Source: Octopus vulgaris | Taxonomy: Eukaryota | Assembly: GCA_951406725.2 (NCBI GenBank) | Contig: OX597816.1 | Location: 22,754,001-22,818,000, forward strand | DNA length: 64,000 bases | Direction: 5' to 3' | Shown here: positions 40,716 to 53,932 of the stretch, in pieces | Layout: each line of letters begins with the position of its first letter | Numbering within the stretch: the first letter of the stretch is position 1 | Made by a program: the position numbers and the translations under genes | Notes under the pieces: model-generated | Databases searched by the model: none | What the model was told of the DNA's origin: nothing | What the model saw: the letters and a program-made list of their open reading frames with translations, nothing else

Positions 40716-43031
40716 TACATATACTCACATATATACATATATACATATACATATAGATGCGCATACATATACATATTGATACATACACACATAAATACAT
40801 GTGCATTTATATATATAAATTATGCAAATCAAAGTCATGGAAGCATCGTTGTAGTGGTCGGTCTAATTGGAGCAGCTTTCTGTTTATAGTAGTAGCTGCA
40901 TGCATGACAGAAGGTCACTCCTTTCCCAAAGTTTTCTCCGAATATGCATCAGAATAAGTGGTAATTTTTTAAGGTGGCTATAGCATATTTGACCGCTCGT
41001 CGATTACTGCGTCATCTATATGTAAAATATATAAACTTTAAGAAATATCTAGAACTAACTTTAGTTGTCAGCAGCGATTTTGTAAAATATTTCAAAACTG
41101 ACAGTCACTGAGAAAATTTGAAATCTTTAAAATTTATTTTGATCGAACATTCCAGTTGAATAAATATCAATCATACGATTTAAGATATTTATTTATAAAA
41201 GCGAATACTTTCTCTGTGTGTAAAGAAATTGGTATACATAGTGGAAGAATCATGGTCGCCACTGGTGTTATCACATATTGAGAAATTTCATAACTCCATT
41301 TGACTTGTAAAAATCAAATTTGTTGTATGCGAATATGTGTTTGATTATAAAATATAGTCAATAAAAAATACGACCTGGGCTACGAATTCAAAGTCTGTGC
41401 GCGCGCGCGCGCGTGTGTGTGTGTATGTGTGTCTGTCTGTATGTGTGGGCATACGTGTTTAGATGTGTGTGTATAAGCACATACCTATAAGCGTGTCTTT
41501 CCTGTGTGAACTGAGGGATCACTAGAACTGCTCGAAAAAGAAGAGAAATATTACTCAACTCATATACTAGAGTCTTGAACAATACGGACACACTGTTTAT
41601 GTAGCCCTAATACAAATAAGATTTGGGATTCACCGTGAGGTGCATTTTATAATTGGCCTGCTAGATCAGATCTAACTTAAAATTTTTAAATTATTGAATG
41701 ACTTACTGATTGCTCAATCTGCTAGTTATATCAGGCAAATCTCTCTTAAAACAAGCACCGACACATCTTAAAGCTACTAGCCATAGCAGCAAAACCAACC
41801 TCAAATCCGCATGCTTACTCACGTAGAAACTGAATGGCATATTGGGAAATGTGATTCCTGATATATCAAGTGACATTGACTAACGTGGTACTTCGTGTGC
41901 AAGGAAATGTGATGATCAAGTTTGCAACGCTTTTCGCCATAAATCTGAGTCTAGGCAGTAACCAATGAAGGTCATTCAAACTGCAAGAAATTACAGCCAA
42001 ATTTCTCAAAAATCATACAATTAAAACGAAATTTAAAACGAAGGATATATTGAACAACGTAGTACTTAATATACGTTAAAAGCGGATGTCCATGCTTTGA
42101 AAGCTTTCTGTCTGAAAATAAATTGAGCAGAGCTAATCCTGGACTCAACGACAATTATAAGAGCATCAGTGCGGTAGATTGACCTGCTAAAACTAGCACT
42201 CAGAGCCCCAGCATATCACACATTCCGTATTTGAAACGGCATGATGATCTATTATTTGTAATTTCTCATACTCAAAAAGACAGAAGATTCGGTTTCGTTG
42301 ATTTAGTTATGCTACTAATAACCTACCTATGTCCACTAAATCATACATTCTGCGTTCATGTGCACAAAAAAGGGTGGAAGGCGCTCAGAAAAAAGGGTAA
42401 ACGTTTCTTTTTCTTTTTAAGTCGATGACAAACTACTGTAAAACGTGCACTATCGTTTGTGAATAGGAAAGACACATTTAATCAACGCAATCTCTGCTTC
42501 ATACAACTATAAAATGGTCTGGTTATGTTTGGATCTGCTTTGGTCTTGCCTGGAATATCTTTTATCAAATTTCTAGTCCATCAGACTAAACACGAATATA
42601 AAGAGAACCAATTCAGAAATCACCACGCGGTAAATCTGAGCTATTGGCTTGTCATCATATTAATAGAGACAGTAGCGTCTCAAATAACTCGATTTATATT
42701 CTTTAAACAAAGAAAGCTTTGGACAATATAGTCAATTTATAACACGGCCTAGGCCACGAATTCACAGATTTTCACTATGGGTCTGTTCGATATTATTTAA
42801 GGTGAAGCAAAAAGAACATCGAAGTGTTTGGCTGACTGCATTCTATCGTCTACTAGGTGAAAAAGAAAGCATTAGTTAGATGACGGGCTTTCATGGTAAC
42901 TCTTGCGAAGCTAGAGATTATCTAAAAACATTTACACCCTAATGTTTTTTCACAAAAACACAACGTATGTCAGTGCAATATACGCTACATTTAAGAGATA
43001 CTTTGTGTATTTGCATATATATATATATATC

Positions 43032-43112
<81 letters not shown>

Positions 43113-43125
43113 GTATATAAATATA

Positions 43126-43156
<31 letters not shown>

Positions 43157-43574
43157 TTTTGTTTTATGTATTTCACTTATTCGAAACTGAAGATTCTTTT
43201 ATCATAGTTCTATGTTTTACATTTTCATTATTCAATTGTTTGAATGACCGAAACCGTAAAACGTACGATTAAATAGCGCCAAATTCTATTAAAATCTAAC
43301 CTCCGCATTTAATTTAATAAAGCTTATGCTTTATCTTGTATCAAACAAGTTGAAACGTTAGATATAGTTAATTTCATGGTTGCCCGAATAAAAGAAATTC
43401 TCGGCTGTAGCGGAGGCAAATTATTTTACAGTACACGATGAAAAAAACGGGAGCTCTCTGTCTTGCAATATATGGGTAAATTGTCTACAAGGAGGAAAAA
43501 ATGATTTATATTAATGATTGGAAAATTGGAAATTAAATAGGTAATTTCATAATTAATTGCATATATAAATGTCT

Positions 43575-44169
43575 AAAATGTTGGTTTCAGATTTTAAAAG
43601 GCCAGCAGTTGAGGGGAGGGGTAAATCGATTAAATCGAACGCAGTTTTCAGCTGGTGCTTATGTTTTCGGCTCCGAAAAGATAAAAGGTGAGGTCGACCT
43701 CGGTGGAATTTGAACTCAGAACGTAAACGGCGCGATAACGGTTGCACCAGTTTGCCGCCTTAAGAAATATAAATATTCTTTTCTACTCTAGGCACAAGGC
43801 CCGAAATTTTGGGGTGGAGGCTAGTCGATTGGATCTACCCCAGTACGCAACTGGTACTTAATCTCTCGATCCCGAAAAGATGAACGGCAAAGTCGACCTC
43901 GGTGGAATTTGTACTCAGAACGTAAAGACAGACGAAATACTTATTTCTTTACTACCCACAAGGGGCTAAACACAGAGAGGACAAACAAGGATAGACAGAC
44001 GGATTAAGTCGATTATATCGACCCCAGTGCGTAACTGGTACTTAATTTATCGACCCCGAAAAGATCGACCTCGGTGGAATTTGTACTCAGAACGTAAAGA
44101 CAGACGAAATACCGCTAAGCATTTCGCCCGGTGTGCTAACGTTTCTTATTTCTGCTAGCTCGCCACCTT
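43575..44169 (-). mobile_element. Tandem/nested array of about 3 SINE family B copies
   Basis: cgacctcggtggaattt(g/gt)a(a)ctcagaacgtaaa occurs three times. ttaagaaatataa follows the SINE heads at ~43760 and ~44168. Confidence 0.8.
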
Positions 44170-44461
44170 AAGAAATATAATATTGACAATTAACATGCAT
44201 ATGGATATCTTAAATATTGTAATAATTCAAATGGGTTCGTTGATGCAGGAAGCTTCCTAACGCGCCGATCTTTCGGTGGATTATGCTGCCTGGGACATAA
44301 ATAACCAAAATGTAAATATAACGTATCAATATTTGAATGTGTAATTGAAGGCATGAATATCATCATTATTGCAGTTCAGCAGAAACGTCAGTGAAGCCTA
44401 ACCAATTGTACATGTCACAAATCAAAGTTGACTTCATTCAATGATCATTCAAAAGGATATA

Positions 44462-44528
<67 letters not shown>

Positions 44529-44568
44529 TGTGTGTGTATGTATATTTATATATATATATGTATATGTA

Positions 44569-44818
44569 GTGGAGGTGCGTGGTTTAGTGGTTAGGGTGTT
44601 GAATTAATGATCGTAAGGTTGTGGTTTCGATTCCTGGACCTAGCGATGTGCTGTGTTCTTGAGCAAAACACTTCCTTTCACGTTGCTCCAGTCCACTCAG
44701 CTGGCAAAAATGAGTAACGCTGCAATGGACTGGCGTCCCGTTCTGGTGGGGAATTCCTACGCCACTAAAACCGGGAAACCTGCCCTTATGAGCCTGACAT
44801 GGCTCGCGAAGGAACATT
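44569..44818 (+). mobile_element. CORE-like SINE, subfamily related to family C
   Basis: TGGTTTAGTGG A box, GTTTCGATTCC B box, gttcttgagcaaaacactt…ttcacgttgctccagtccactcagctg. Confidence 0.8.
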
Positions 44819-44844
44819 TATTATATGTATATGTGTATGTGTGC

Positions 44845-44895
<51 letters not shown>

Positions 44896-44964
44896 TGTAA
44901 GTACGTATATATGTGTATATATAAATCTATACATACATTATATATACATGCATACATGTAAGCA

Positions 44965-45970
44965 GGCATGTTACCAACGAAAAGCAATGCATGGGTACGT
45001 ATTCCGTTATCTAGAGGGCAACAGCAGCTATGACAGGAAAAATAGACACTCTTCGACCAGTAATAGATATATTACATCCCGCTTAGAATGAGTATGCCTT
45101 CACCATCCAGAAGACATCCAGGAGATAGCTACTAAATACCTGACAATCAATATGGACAAAGATACCACCAAACCTCCATGCTGTAATAAAAAATGCCGGC
45201 TCTGCTATATCAGTATGGAAGATATCATCCACATTAGCAGCAACTGCCCCAAAATGTCTACGAGATACTGTCTGCCCCTGAGTCAAAGATTATTTACAAT
45301 GCTATCCGTAGGAAGGACTGCCCTGATGTATACATCAAACGTATGTTAGAACGAGTATTTCAGACTCATCAGGGGTTCACACCTTTAAAAACAAGAAATA
45401 CTGGCGGAACACCCCAATAAAAACATCAGTTCGGTGCAATCATAACAGACCTGATATTGGTCTATGGGACAGGGAACCAACGTCATGTACTGTTGTAAAG
45501 ATCAGGTGCCCAGCAGACGTGAATGTAGAATAAAACGTCCAAGGAAAAGAAAACATTTAGGGCAAATTAATGTGGAAATTATTGCTTTTGTATCCGGACT
45601 ATGAATTCCTATTTGTACCCATCATCATGGGTGTATTAGTCTATGTACCAACGAAATTTCACAAAAACCTAGAAACACTTGCCTTCACGGAAGAAAATCA
45701 GAAGAAACTGACGCGGATTCTCCAAATTCAAACTATAAGAGGCACAATGAAAATTTGTAAGACATTCGAGAAATTCTCCATGTGCGATTCTTATGTGAAA
45801 AAATGCACATACTTGGGCGTGTGCATCGACAGTTCAAACCAGCACACAAGCTCAAACACAGATTCACAAACACTGCGATCTGTCTTAACTCAAAACGTCT
45901 TGTCATGTTAGCGACCAGCTTGAACTTTCTCAAGTTAAACGCAATGAAAAATCGTAAATTCATACATATC
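44965..45970 (+). mobile_element. Decayed RLE-type non-LTR retrotransposon 3' portion
   Basis: KAMHGYV, CRLC..MEDIIHISSNCP (CCHC), NRPDI and FVPIIMG fragments with frameshifts and stops. Confidence 0.75.
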
Positions 45971-46017
45971 TGAAGACAAACGTTCATAGAAAGAAAGTCA
46001 TTAGCTATATAGAATCA

Positions 46018-46395
46018 CTAGCAGTATCACCCGGCGTTGCTCGAGTTTGTTTCGACCCTATAGAATTGGAATTTTTGAAAAGTAAATATTTTGCATTATG
46101 TAGCTTTATGTGAACATTTTACTTGTTGAAATACACCGAAAAATGGAAACACAGCAGTCAAAAAATCGTTAAAAACAGTCATTTTCATAGAAAAAAGCAC
46201 CTTTTTGATGTAAATAATTTTTGGTGTTAACATGGTCCGATTTGAATTTTTTTCTACGGAAGGAAGAGCAAGCCTTCTTCTATCATACTCTCAATTTTGG
46301 TCAACTTGCGCCGCAGGGTCTCGGAGGAGATAGTGTTAGTTGAAGGCTACCAAACCTGCCATACACAGACAACTTCAGCTTTATATAGAGAGAGA
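46018..46395 (-). mobile_element. Non-autonomous Helitron-like element
   Basis: Minus strand a|TCtctctctatataaagc start, cgagcaacgccggg hairpin, ctgCTAG|t end. Confidence 0.75.
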
Positions 46396-46699
46396 TTGTT
46401 AGAGAAACGCACCGACATTAACAGTTTAGAAGGAGGTTTTTGGACTGTGTGTAAGCACTTTTTATTATGAGTATTACATTTGCACATCTAGAATCTAGAT
46501 GATGATCTAATAGGATATTTCTGAGAGAAAGATGTTTAATTTGTTGTTTATGAACTCTAGTGTATTAAATTAGCGTCTTAAATTCCAAAGTCTGAATATG
46601 ATACTGAAAATGAGACTTTTGTGGGGTTACAATTCATATTTGCATCAACATTCAGTTCTTTTGCTCTCTTGAATCCTTTGGTTAATCCATTTTCAATTA

Positions 46700-47385
46700 T
46701 TTCAGAAGAAATAATGTTGGTTACATATAGCAGAATAAGTTACGAGAACTGAGGTAAGATGCACAAGAACAACAAAGGCAATACTGTTAAAGGTAGTGAA
46801 TAAAGAGCTGGTGATCAAGTGCGGAATAGAAGAAACGGACAAGAATGAATTTCAAAGAGAATATGGTGAGCAAATTGATGTGAAACGTTTACGTGGTCAG
46901 TTTTTGAAAGCCACTGAGGTTGTTTGTGGAACACAATCCTAAGCTGGCAGAATCGTTAGCACGCCAGGCGAAATGCTTACTGCTTTTTCGTCTGCCGCTA
47001 CGTTCTGAGTTCAAATTCCGCCTTTCTTCTTTTCGGGGTCGATTAAATAAGTATCAGTTATGCACTGGGTCAATGTAATCGACTTAGTCTCTTTGTCTGT
47101 CATTGTTTGTCCCCTCTATGTTTAGCCCCTTGTGGTCAATAAACAATTAAACACAATCCTAAGATTGTTAGACAAAGAACAACTGATAAAAGAAATAGAG
47201 TGCCTTATAAAATCAGCGCAAGATCAAGCGCTGCTAACAGGCGATGACAAAATATGTATATGGGAAGAATGTGTTGCGAAAATACTGAGTATGAAGAAAT
47301 TGAGATGAAACAATGGCGCACGTTATTGCAGAATGCCCTAAGTTGGCCCAGGGAGATTATAACAAAAGGGAGGCGCCATGATACA
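46700..47385 (+). mobile_element. Decayed R4/Dong-like LINE fragment split by a SINE
   Basis: LRGQF, KEIECLIKSAQDQALLT, ETMAHVIAECPKLAQ and RHD remnants. Confidence 0.65.
46944..47149 (+). mobile_element. SINE family B with 14-bp TSD
   Basis: TSD aacacaatcctaag at 46930-46943 and 47150-47163. Confidence 0.9.
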
Positions 47386-49124
47386 TCATGACTACTAAAA
47401 TTCGGAATAGAAATGAGTAATAAATATTTTAGGGCGAAATTCTAAATTGCCACAGCGGTCAAGAATTCAATTCACTGTAAGATTATTTGAATCTTTTTAG
47501 AGATTATAATTCTTTGCAACAGTAAATATTCATTTCCTTCAATTCACTTTCCGCTTCGTATTCTAACACTTATAAATGATACAACAGATGTATATTTCCA
47601 GTGATGAAGTCAATGGATCTACACTAATTCTGGTGATTGTTGACGTACTTATCAAAGTAAAGGCAAAAATAATATTAACATATATTTGGTTCTACTTTAT
47701 ATTTGTTTATTTTTAGGTCATTAAAGATGCTTTCATCCAGATATCTATGAGATACAAAACATTCATATTTGGTTGACCTAAACCTAACCGGAACATCACA
47801 TTAAATAAATTATACTTAAATTACAGAACAAAGATTTTGGCCATAGGTCAAGAAAATACTGAAACCGTTCCTAAATAACAGTCCAGATATAATGTTTTAA
47901 GCAATTTAAACTCTCGATATAGCAGTAAAATACATAACTGTCCGATTGAAACAAAAACAGAAAATTTCTATCAACGGTATATATCTATCGGCGCAATCAG
48001 GCAGCAAGATAACCGTAGATGAAAATCGTTTGTTATTATATCAAACCAACCTGACATACTCATAAAAGACAATATAAACCGATTTATTCTCATAAATACC
48101 GACATAAAGGAAGAAGAGTTATACAGATAGTGGAGATTTTAGTAAATACTGTATAATTTCCAAACTTATAACAACACTTCGATAGAAAGAATTATTGAAA
48201 GAAAAAAATATTCACAATTGGTTAGATTGTAATGAAATATTTAATACATTGACACTCAATGAAAAAAGCTGCTTATTAATTAATTAAGAGTATGTAATAT
48301 TTACTAATAGAAAATAGTTATTAAATCTATACTGTCAAAACATTTTCTCAAAAATCCTGATTTTAATTTATTCGTTTTTATCAAAATATGGTTCACATGA
48401 ATCTTTTACTATTTCAAATTTCAAGTAACGTGCCCTAACTTTAATTCACTGAAAGATAGAGCTCTTGACAGAACGACTTCCTTTTGTCTTTTCTTTCTCA
48501 CACATAAATATAATTGCTCTACATTCTACAGTAAAAACCTTCTTTCAGATGATAACTTTAAACTAGCTTCCGCGAAATCACGTTATTCCTTCATATTGTT
48601 CGGGTGCTCTTGAAAGCTGAAGAAGAAAGTGGTTTTAATCCAATTAGGTCAGTTCTACCGAACATAAACTTATAATTTAACAGAAAACGATCCGAGATAG
48701 GTGAAACTTTTTTTCTCAGATTTTCTTGCAGGTAAGGTCCAGTAGTATCCAATAACTTGAAGTTTAAAATCATAGTCGTTAATTAATAATGTTTTAGTGT
48801 CATAAAAAAAGACAAGAATAAATACGTAAATTCTTCAGAATTTGACATGTTTCAATTAACTTATAGGTTTATAATTTACCTATATTTAATTCGAAAGAAG
48901 TATAGATCTATATGAAAACACATCGGTTGAAACATTTGCAATAAAGCTCCATAAACAATATCAAAAACATCAAGATTACAGTCTATATAAGTGGCTACTG
49001 AGGGTCCATACAAAAGGAGGAGGAAGCAGAGGGAGAGGAGGAGGGAAAACAACACCAACAATAAAAATAATTTGATATGGGCGATTCTTCCTTGTCTTGG
49101 GATTGACCTATACTATCGATTATT

Positions 49125-49245
49125 TTTGTCGAACCGCTAGGTTACGGGGATGTAAACAAACACCAGTTTTTGGTTGTCAAGCGATGTTGGGGAAATAAGC
49201 ACAGACACGCAAACATATACACCCACATACACACACACGCATATA

Positions 49246-49317
<72 letters not shown>

Positions 49318-49346
49318 GCAAAGTAATTTATTTTACTAAGCCCTTT

Positions 49347-49384
<38 letters not shown>

Positions 49385-49455
49385 TATTAAGACCGGGCTT
49401 CTTTCAGTTTCCGTCAACCAAATCCAATTACAAAGCATTAATCGGCCCGAGGCCA
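49125..49455 (-). mobile_element. SINE family A, partial, internal (TA)n expanded and interrupted
   Basis: ccgctaggttacggggatgtaaac…gggcttctttcagtttccgtc. Confidence 0.75.
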
Positions 49456-49474
49456 TATATTATTATTATTATTA

Positions 49475-50228
49475 CTTTTTTTTTTCTTCTTTCAAATTTG
49501 CTTCCATTTCTTGCCGAGTGTCTTCCCGACTCCTAGGGCAAAGAAACTCATAGTATACATTGGTAGGCCATTAAACCAAACTCAGTAGTTCGTTCATTTT
49601 TTTTTTTTTTTAAGTTAAATTAAAATACATGAGCAGCAACAGTTCTCACATCGACAATGCTCTTCTCAATACGTGTGATGTACCAGTTAAGACAATCTTT
49701 TGCACTTCTTGCAGGGATGGTAAGCCAGGGATCATTCTCATATAATTTTCGGTTCCCTTCTTGATCATTATTAGTGCTCCTACGATCACTGGTATTGTAA
49801 CCGCCTTGAGATGCCACATTTTCTCAATTTCAATGAGTAGGTCTTTATATTTTCTGAGCTTGTCAAACTCTTTCGCTGAGATATTATGATCACAGGGGAT
49901 GCTCATGTCGATCAATAAGCAAACTTTAATGTTTTGGTCTTTCACAACAATATCTGGTTTATTGGCCTTGATGGTTCGGTCTGTATGTACTGGAAAGTCC
50001 CACAGAATGGCTACATTTTCTCCTTCAGTTACAGCCTCAGGGTGGTGATTATACCACTTGTCGGCAGTTTTGATATTGTAATGCCGACTTATTAGCCAGT
50101 GTAGATATTGGCCAACTCTGTCATGTCTTAATTTATACTCCACTGGTGCTAAGACTTTACATCCAGAGATTAGGTGGTCCACTGTTTCAATCATGTCGTT
50201 GCAGAATCGGCATTTTGGGTCTGCTCCA

Positions 50229-50235
<7 letters not shown>
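49475..50235 (-). mobile_element. R4/Dong-like retrotransposon family 1, 5'-truncated, in (ATT)n
   Basis: ORF 49646-50194 (CCHC end, RHD, PD..D..K RLE) and 3'UTR nearly identical to 54505-55271. Confidence 0.92.
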
Positions 50236-50289
<54 letters not shown>

Positions 50290-50414
50290 TATTATTATCA
50301 TCATCATCATCGTCATCATAATCATTATCATTATCATTATTATAATTATTATTATCATTATTATCATTATTATCATTATTATTATTATTATTATCATCAT
50401 CATTATCATCATCA

Positions 50415-50457
<43 letters not shown>

Positions 50458-50926
50458 CATTATTATTATTATTATTATTGTGTTGTGTGTGTGTGTGTGT
50501 GTGTGTGTTTGTTCACGTTCGTCAGCTGTTGTTTTCAGATAAACAGGTAAGCTAATGCTTCGGTGCGAAACATTAAGTTTATGGCTGTTTTATCGGGAAA
50601 AATATATAACTGGAGAAATTAGCATATTTTCCATTTGAAATAACTTGGTGGAAACATCAGTCTCTTCGTAATAAGCCAAACCAAACACAAACACACACAC
50701 ACACACAAATACACGCTCATGTACACGCACATACACATATAGAGGAAAACATACACATACACACAGACATAGACGCACACACACAATTATACGCGAGCGA
50801 GGACAACGCACACATAATACACATACGTATGCACATAAACAATCATTTATAAATATTTACATTTATTATATAAATACACACACACAAACACACACATGCA
50901 CAGAGTATGATATATGAACATACAAT

Positions 50927-51325
50927 TCTCTTTTTACTTGTTTCAGTCATTTGACTGCGGCTATGCTGGAGCACCGCCTTTAATCGAGCAACTCGACACC
51001 GGGACTTATTCTTTTGTAAGCCCAGTACTTATTCTATCGGTCTCTTTTGCCGAACTGCTAAGTTACGGGGACATAAACACACCAGCATCGGCTGTCAAGC
51101 AATGCTAGGGGGACAAACACAGACACACAAACACAGACACGCATACATATACATAGATATATACGACGGGCTTCTTTCAGTTTCCGTCTACCAAATCCAC
51201 TCACAAGGCTTTGGTCGCCCGAGGCTATAGTAGAAGACCCTTGCCCGAGGTGCCACGCAGTGGGACTGAACCCGGAACCATGTAGTTGGTAAACAAGCTA
51301 CTTACCACACAGCCACACCTGCGCC
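50927..51325 (-). mobile_element. SINE family A, full length
   Basis: Reverse complement of family A. Confidence 0.9.
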
Positions 51326-51471
51326 TGTAATTCATTTGTAAATTCTGCATAACTGTATCTATGTGCGTTACTACACACACACACACACACACACAGAGAA
51401 AAATGGGAAGAACCAAAAACAAGCACTTATTTTTCATTCACATATACACACCGATATTCATATATATTTAT

Positions 51472-51681
51472 GGGCGCATGAGTGGCTGTGTGGTAAGTAG
51501 ATTGCTTACCAACCACATGGTTCCGGGTTCAGTCCCACTTTGTGGAACCTTGGGCAAGTGTCTTCTACTATAGCCTCGGGTTGACCAAAGCCTTGTGAGT
51601 GGATTTGGTAGACGGAAACTGAAAGAAGCCCGTCGTATATATGTATATCTATATCTATATCTATATCTATCTATCTATATA

Positions 51682-51715
<34 letters not shown>

Positions 51716-51985
51716 CATACATGTATACATCTGTATGTGTGTGTGTGTGTGCGTTTGTATGTGTGTGTATATATTTTTGTGTCTGTGTTTGTCCCCCACC
51801 CAAATCGCTTGACAGCCGATGTTGGTGTGTTTATGTCACCGTAACTTAGTAGTTCGACAAGAGAGACCGATAGAATAAGTACTAGGCTTACAAAGAATAA
51901 GTCCTGGGGGTCGATTTGCTCGACTAAAGCCGGTGCTCCAGCATGGCCGTAGTCAAATGCCCGATACAAGTAAAAGAATAAAGAG
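51472..51985 (+). mobile_element. SINE family A, full length
   Basis: A/B boxes, internal microsatellite, gtaaaaga tail. Confidence 0.9.
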
Positions 51986-52205
51986 TATATATGCGTATGC
52001 ACAGGATACATACTATACATACACAGATACCTATATATACATACATACACACACACACACACACGCACACACACACACATATATATATATACTCGTACAT
52101 GTGTAGATATTTAGATATTCACTCATACGAACACACGGATACTAGGCGATCGGATAAAAAGTAAATGTCATTCTGTTGGTTGCAGACTTGCCTATGTACA
52201 CCATG

Positions 52206-52263
<58 letters not shown>

Positions 52264-52404
52264 TACGTTATGTGTATATTTAACACAAACATTATATAGA
52301 CGTCCTACACTCTGCAAAATTTCTGCTTCTATAACTTCATATTTGGTAATAAGGTTAATTTTACTTTCAATACAGCTGTCGCCTGGCTAGTAAAAAACTG
52401 AAAG

Positions 52405-52761
52405 ACCATGATGACGATTATGATGATGGTGATGATGACGATGATGATGATGGTGGTGGTGGTGATGATGATGATGATGATGATGATGGTGATGATAGTG
52501 CTGGTGGTGATGATGATAATAATGATGATTAAGTGGGAGGTGAGGTGGTGCAGGTGAGGTGGTGCAGGTGAGGTGGTAGAGGTGATGTGGTGGTGGTGGT
52601 TGCGGTGACGGTCTAGGTGGTGGTGGTAGTGGAGGAAATGAAAGAGGAGAAAAGTGACGACGACCACGACATTGATGACGTCGATCTTTTGGTCGTTGTT
52701 TTGACGATGGTTAGAGTGCCTGTGGCGATAATATAATAACAAGAACAACGACAACAAAAAC

Positions 52762-52817
<56 letters not shown>

Positions 52818-52855
52818 AAATAATAATAATAATGATAATAATAATAATAATAATG

Positions 52856-52886
<31 letters not shown>

Positions 52887-53020
52887 TAATAATAATAATA
52901 ATAATGAAAATAATAATAATAATAATGATAATAATAATAATAATAATGCTGATAATAATAATAATGATAACAATAATAATAATGATAATAATAATAATAA
53001 TAATAATGATAATAATAATG

Positions 53021-53087
<67 letters not shown>

Positions 53088-53125
53088 TGATAATAATAAT
53101 AATAATAATAATGATAATAATAATG

Positions 53126-53165
<40 letters not shown>

Positions 53166-53257
53166 TAATAATAATAATAATAATGATAATAATAATAATA
53201 ATGATAATAATAATGAAAATAATAATAATAATGATAATAATAATAATAATAATGATG

Positions 53258-53291
<34 letters not shown>

Positions 53292-53332
53292 TAATAATAA
53301 TAATAATAATGATAATAATAATAATAATAATG

Positions 53333-53372
<40 letters not shown>

Positions 53373-53398
53373 TAATAATAATAATAATAATAATAATG

Positions 53399-53480
<82 letters not shown>

Positions 53481-53482
53481 TG

Positions 53483-53570
<88 letters not shown>

Positions 53571-53611
53571 TAATAATAATAATAATAATGATAATAATAA
53601 TAATAATAATA
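52405..53611. repeat. Trinucleotide tract: (GAT/GGT)n then ~850 bp (AAT)n with GAT interruptions
   Basis: Direct inspection. Source of the poly-I/Y/L ORFs. Confidence 0.95.
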
Positions 53612-53916
53612 GATTCTTTGGGGTTTGAATAATTCACCTCTGGAAACATGGGTGTTTCGTTCAACGTCCTTAAACAACCCTTATTCAGGGACCTTTTTGA
53701 GCGGGATGGGTTACTCGTTCTGAAGAAAATTCTAACTGGGCTCCACCTGCAAGGTCATGTGCTGTTTATCTTGATCTGAGATCACCATGTCGCGCACATA
53801 TGGTTGTGATGCTTGTGCCTGGTGTACCCTTATCAGACAGGTAGTCATGATGGGTATACTGGGCTTCGTATATTTTACCCCGTGTCACTTTGATGGCATG
53901 CTCTGCTCTCTCACTC
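53612..53916 (+). mobile_element. Non-coding (AAT)n-embedded retroposon, 5'-truncated copy
   Basis: Shares 3' end …ctgctctctcactc-(AAT)n with 61045-61600 and 61678-61998. Confidence 0.85.
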
Positions 53917-53932
53917 AATAATAATAATAATA

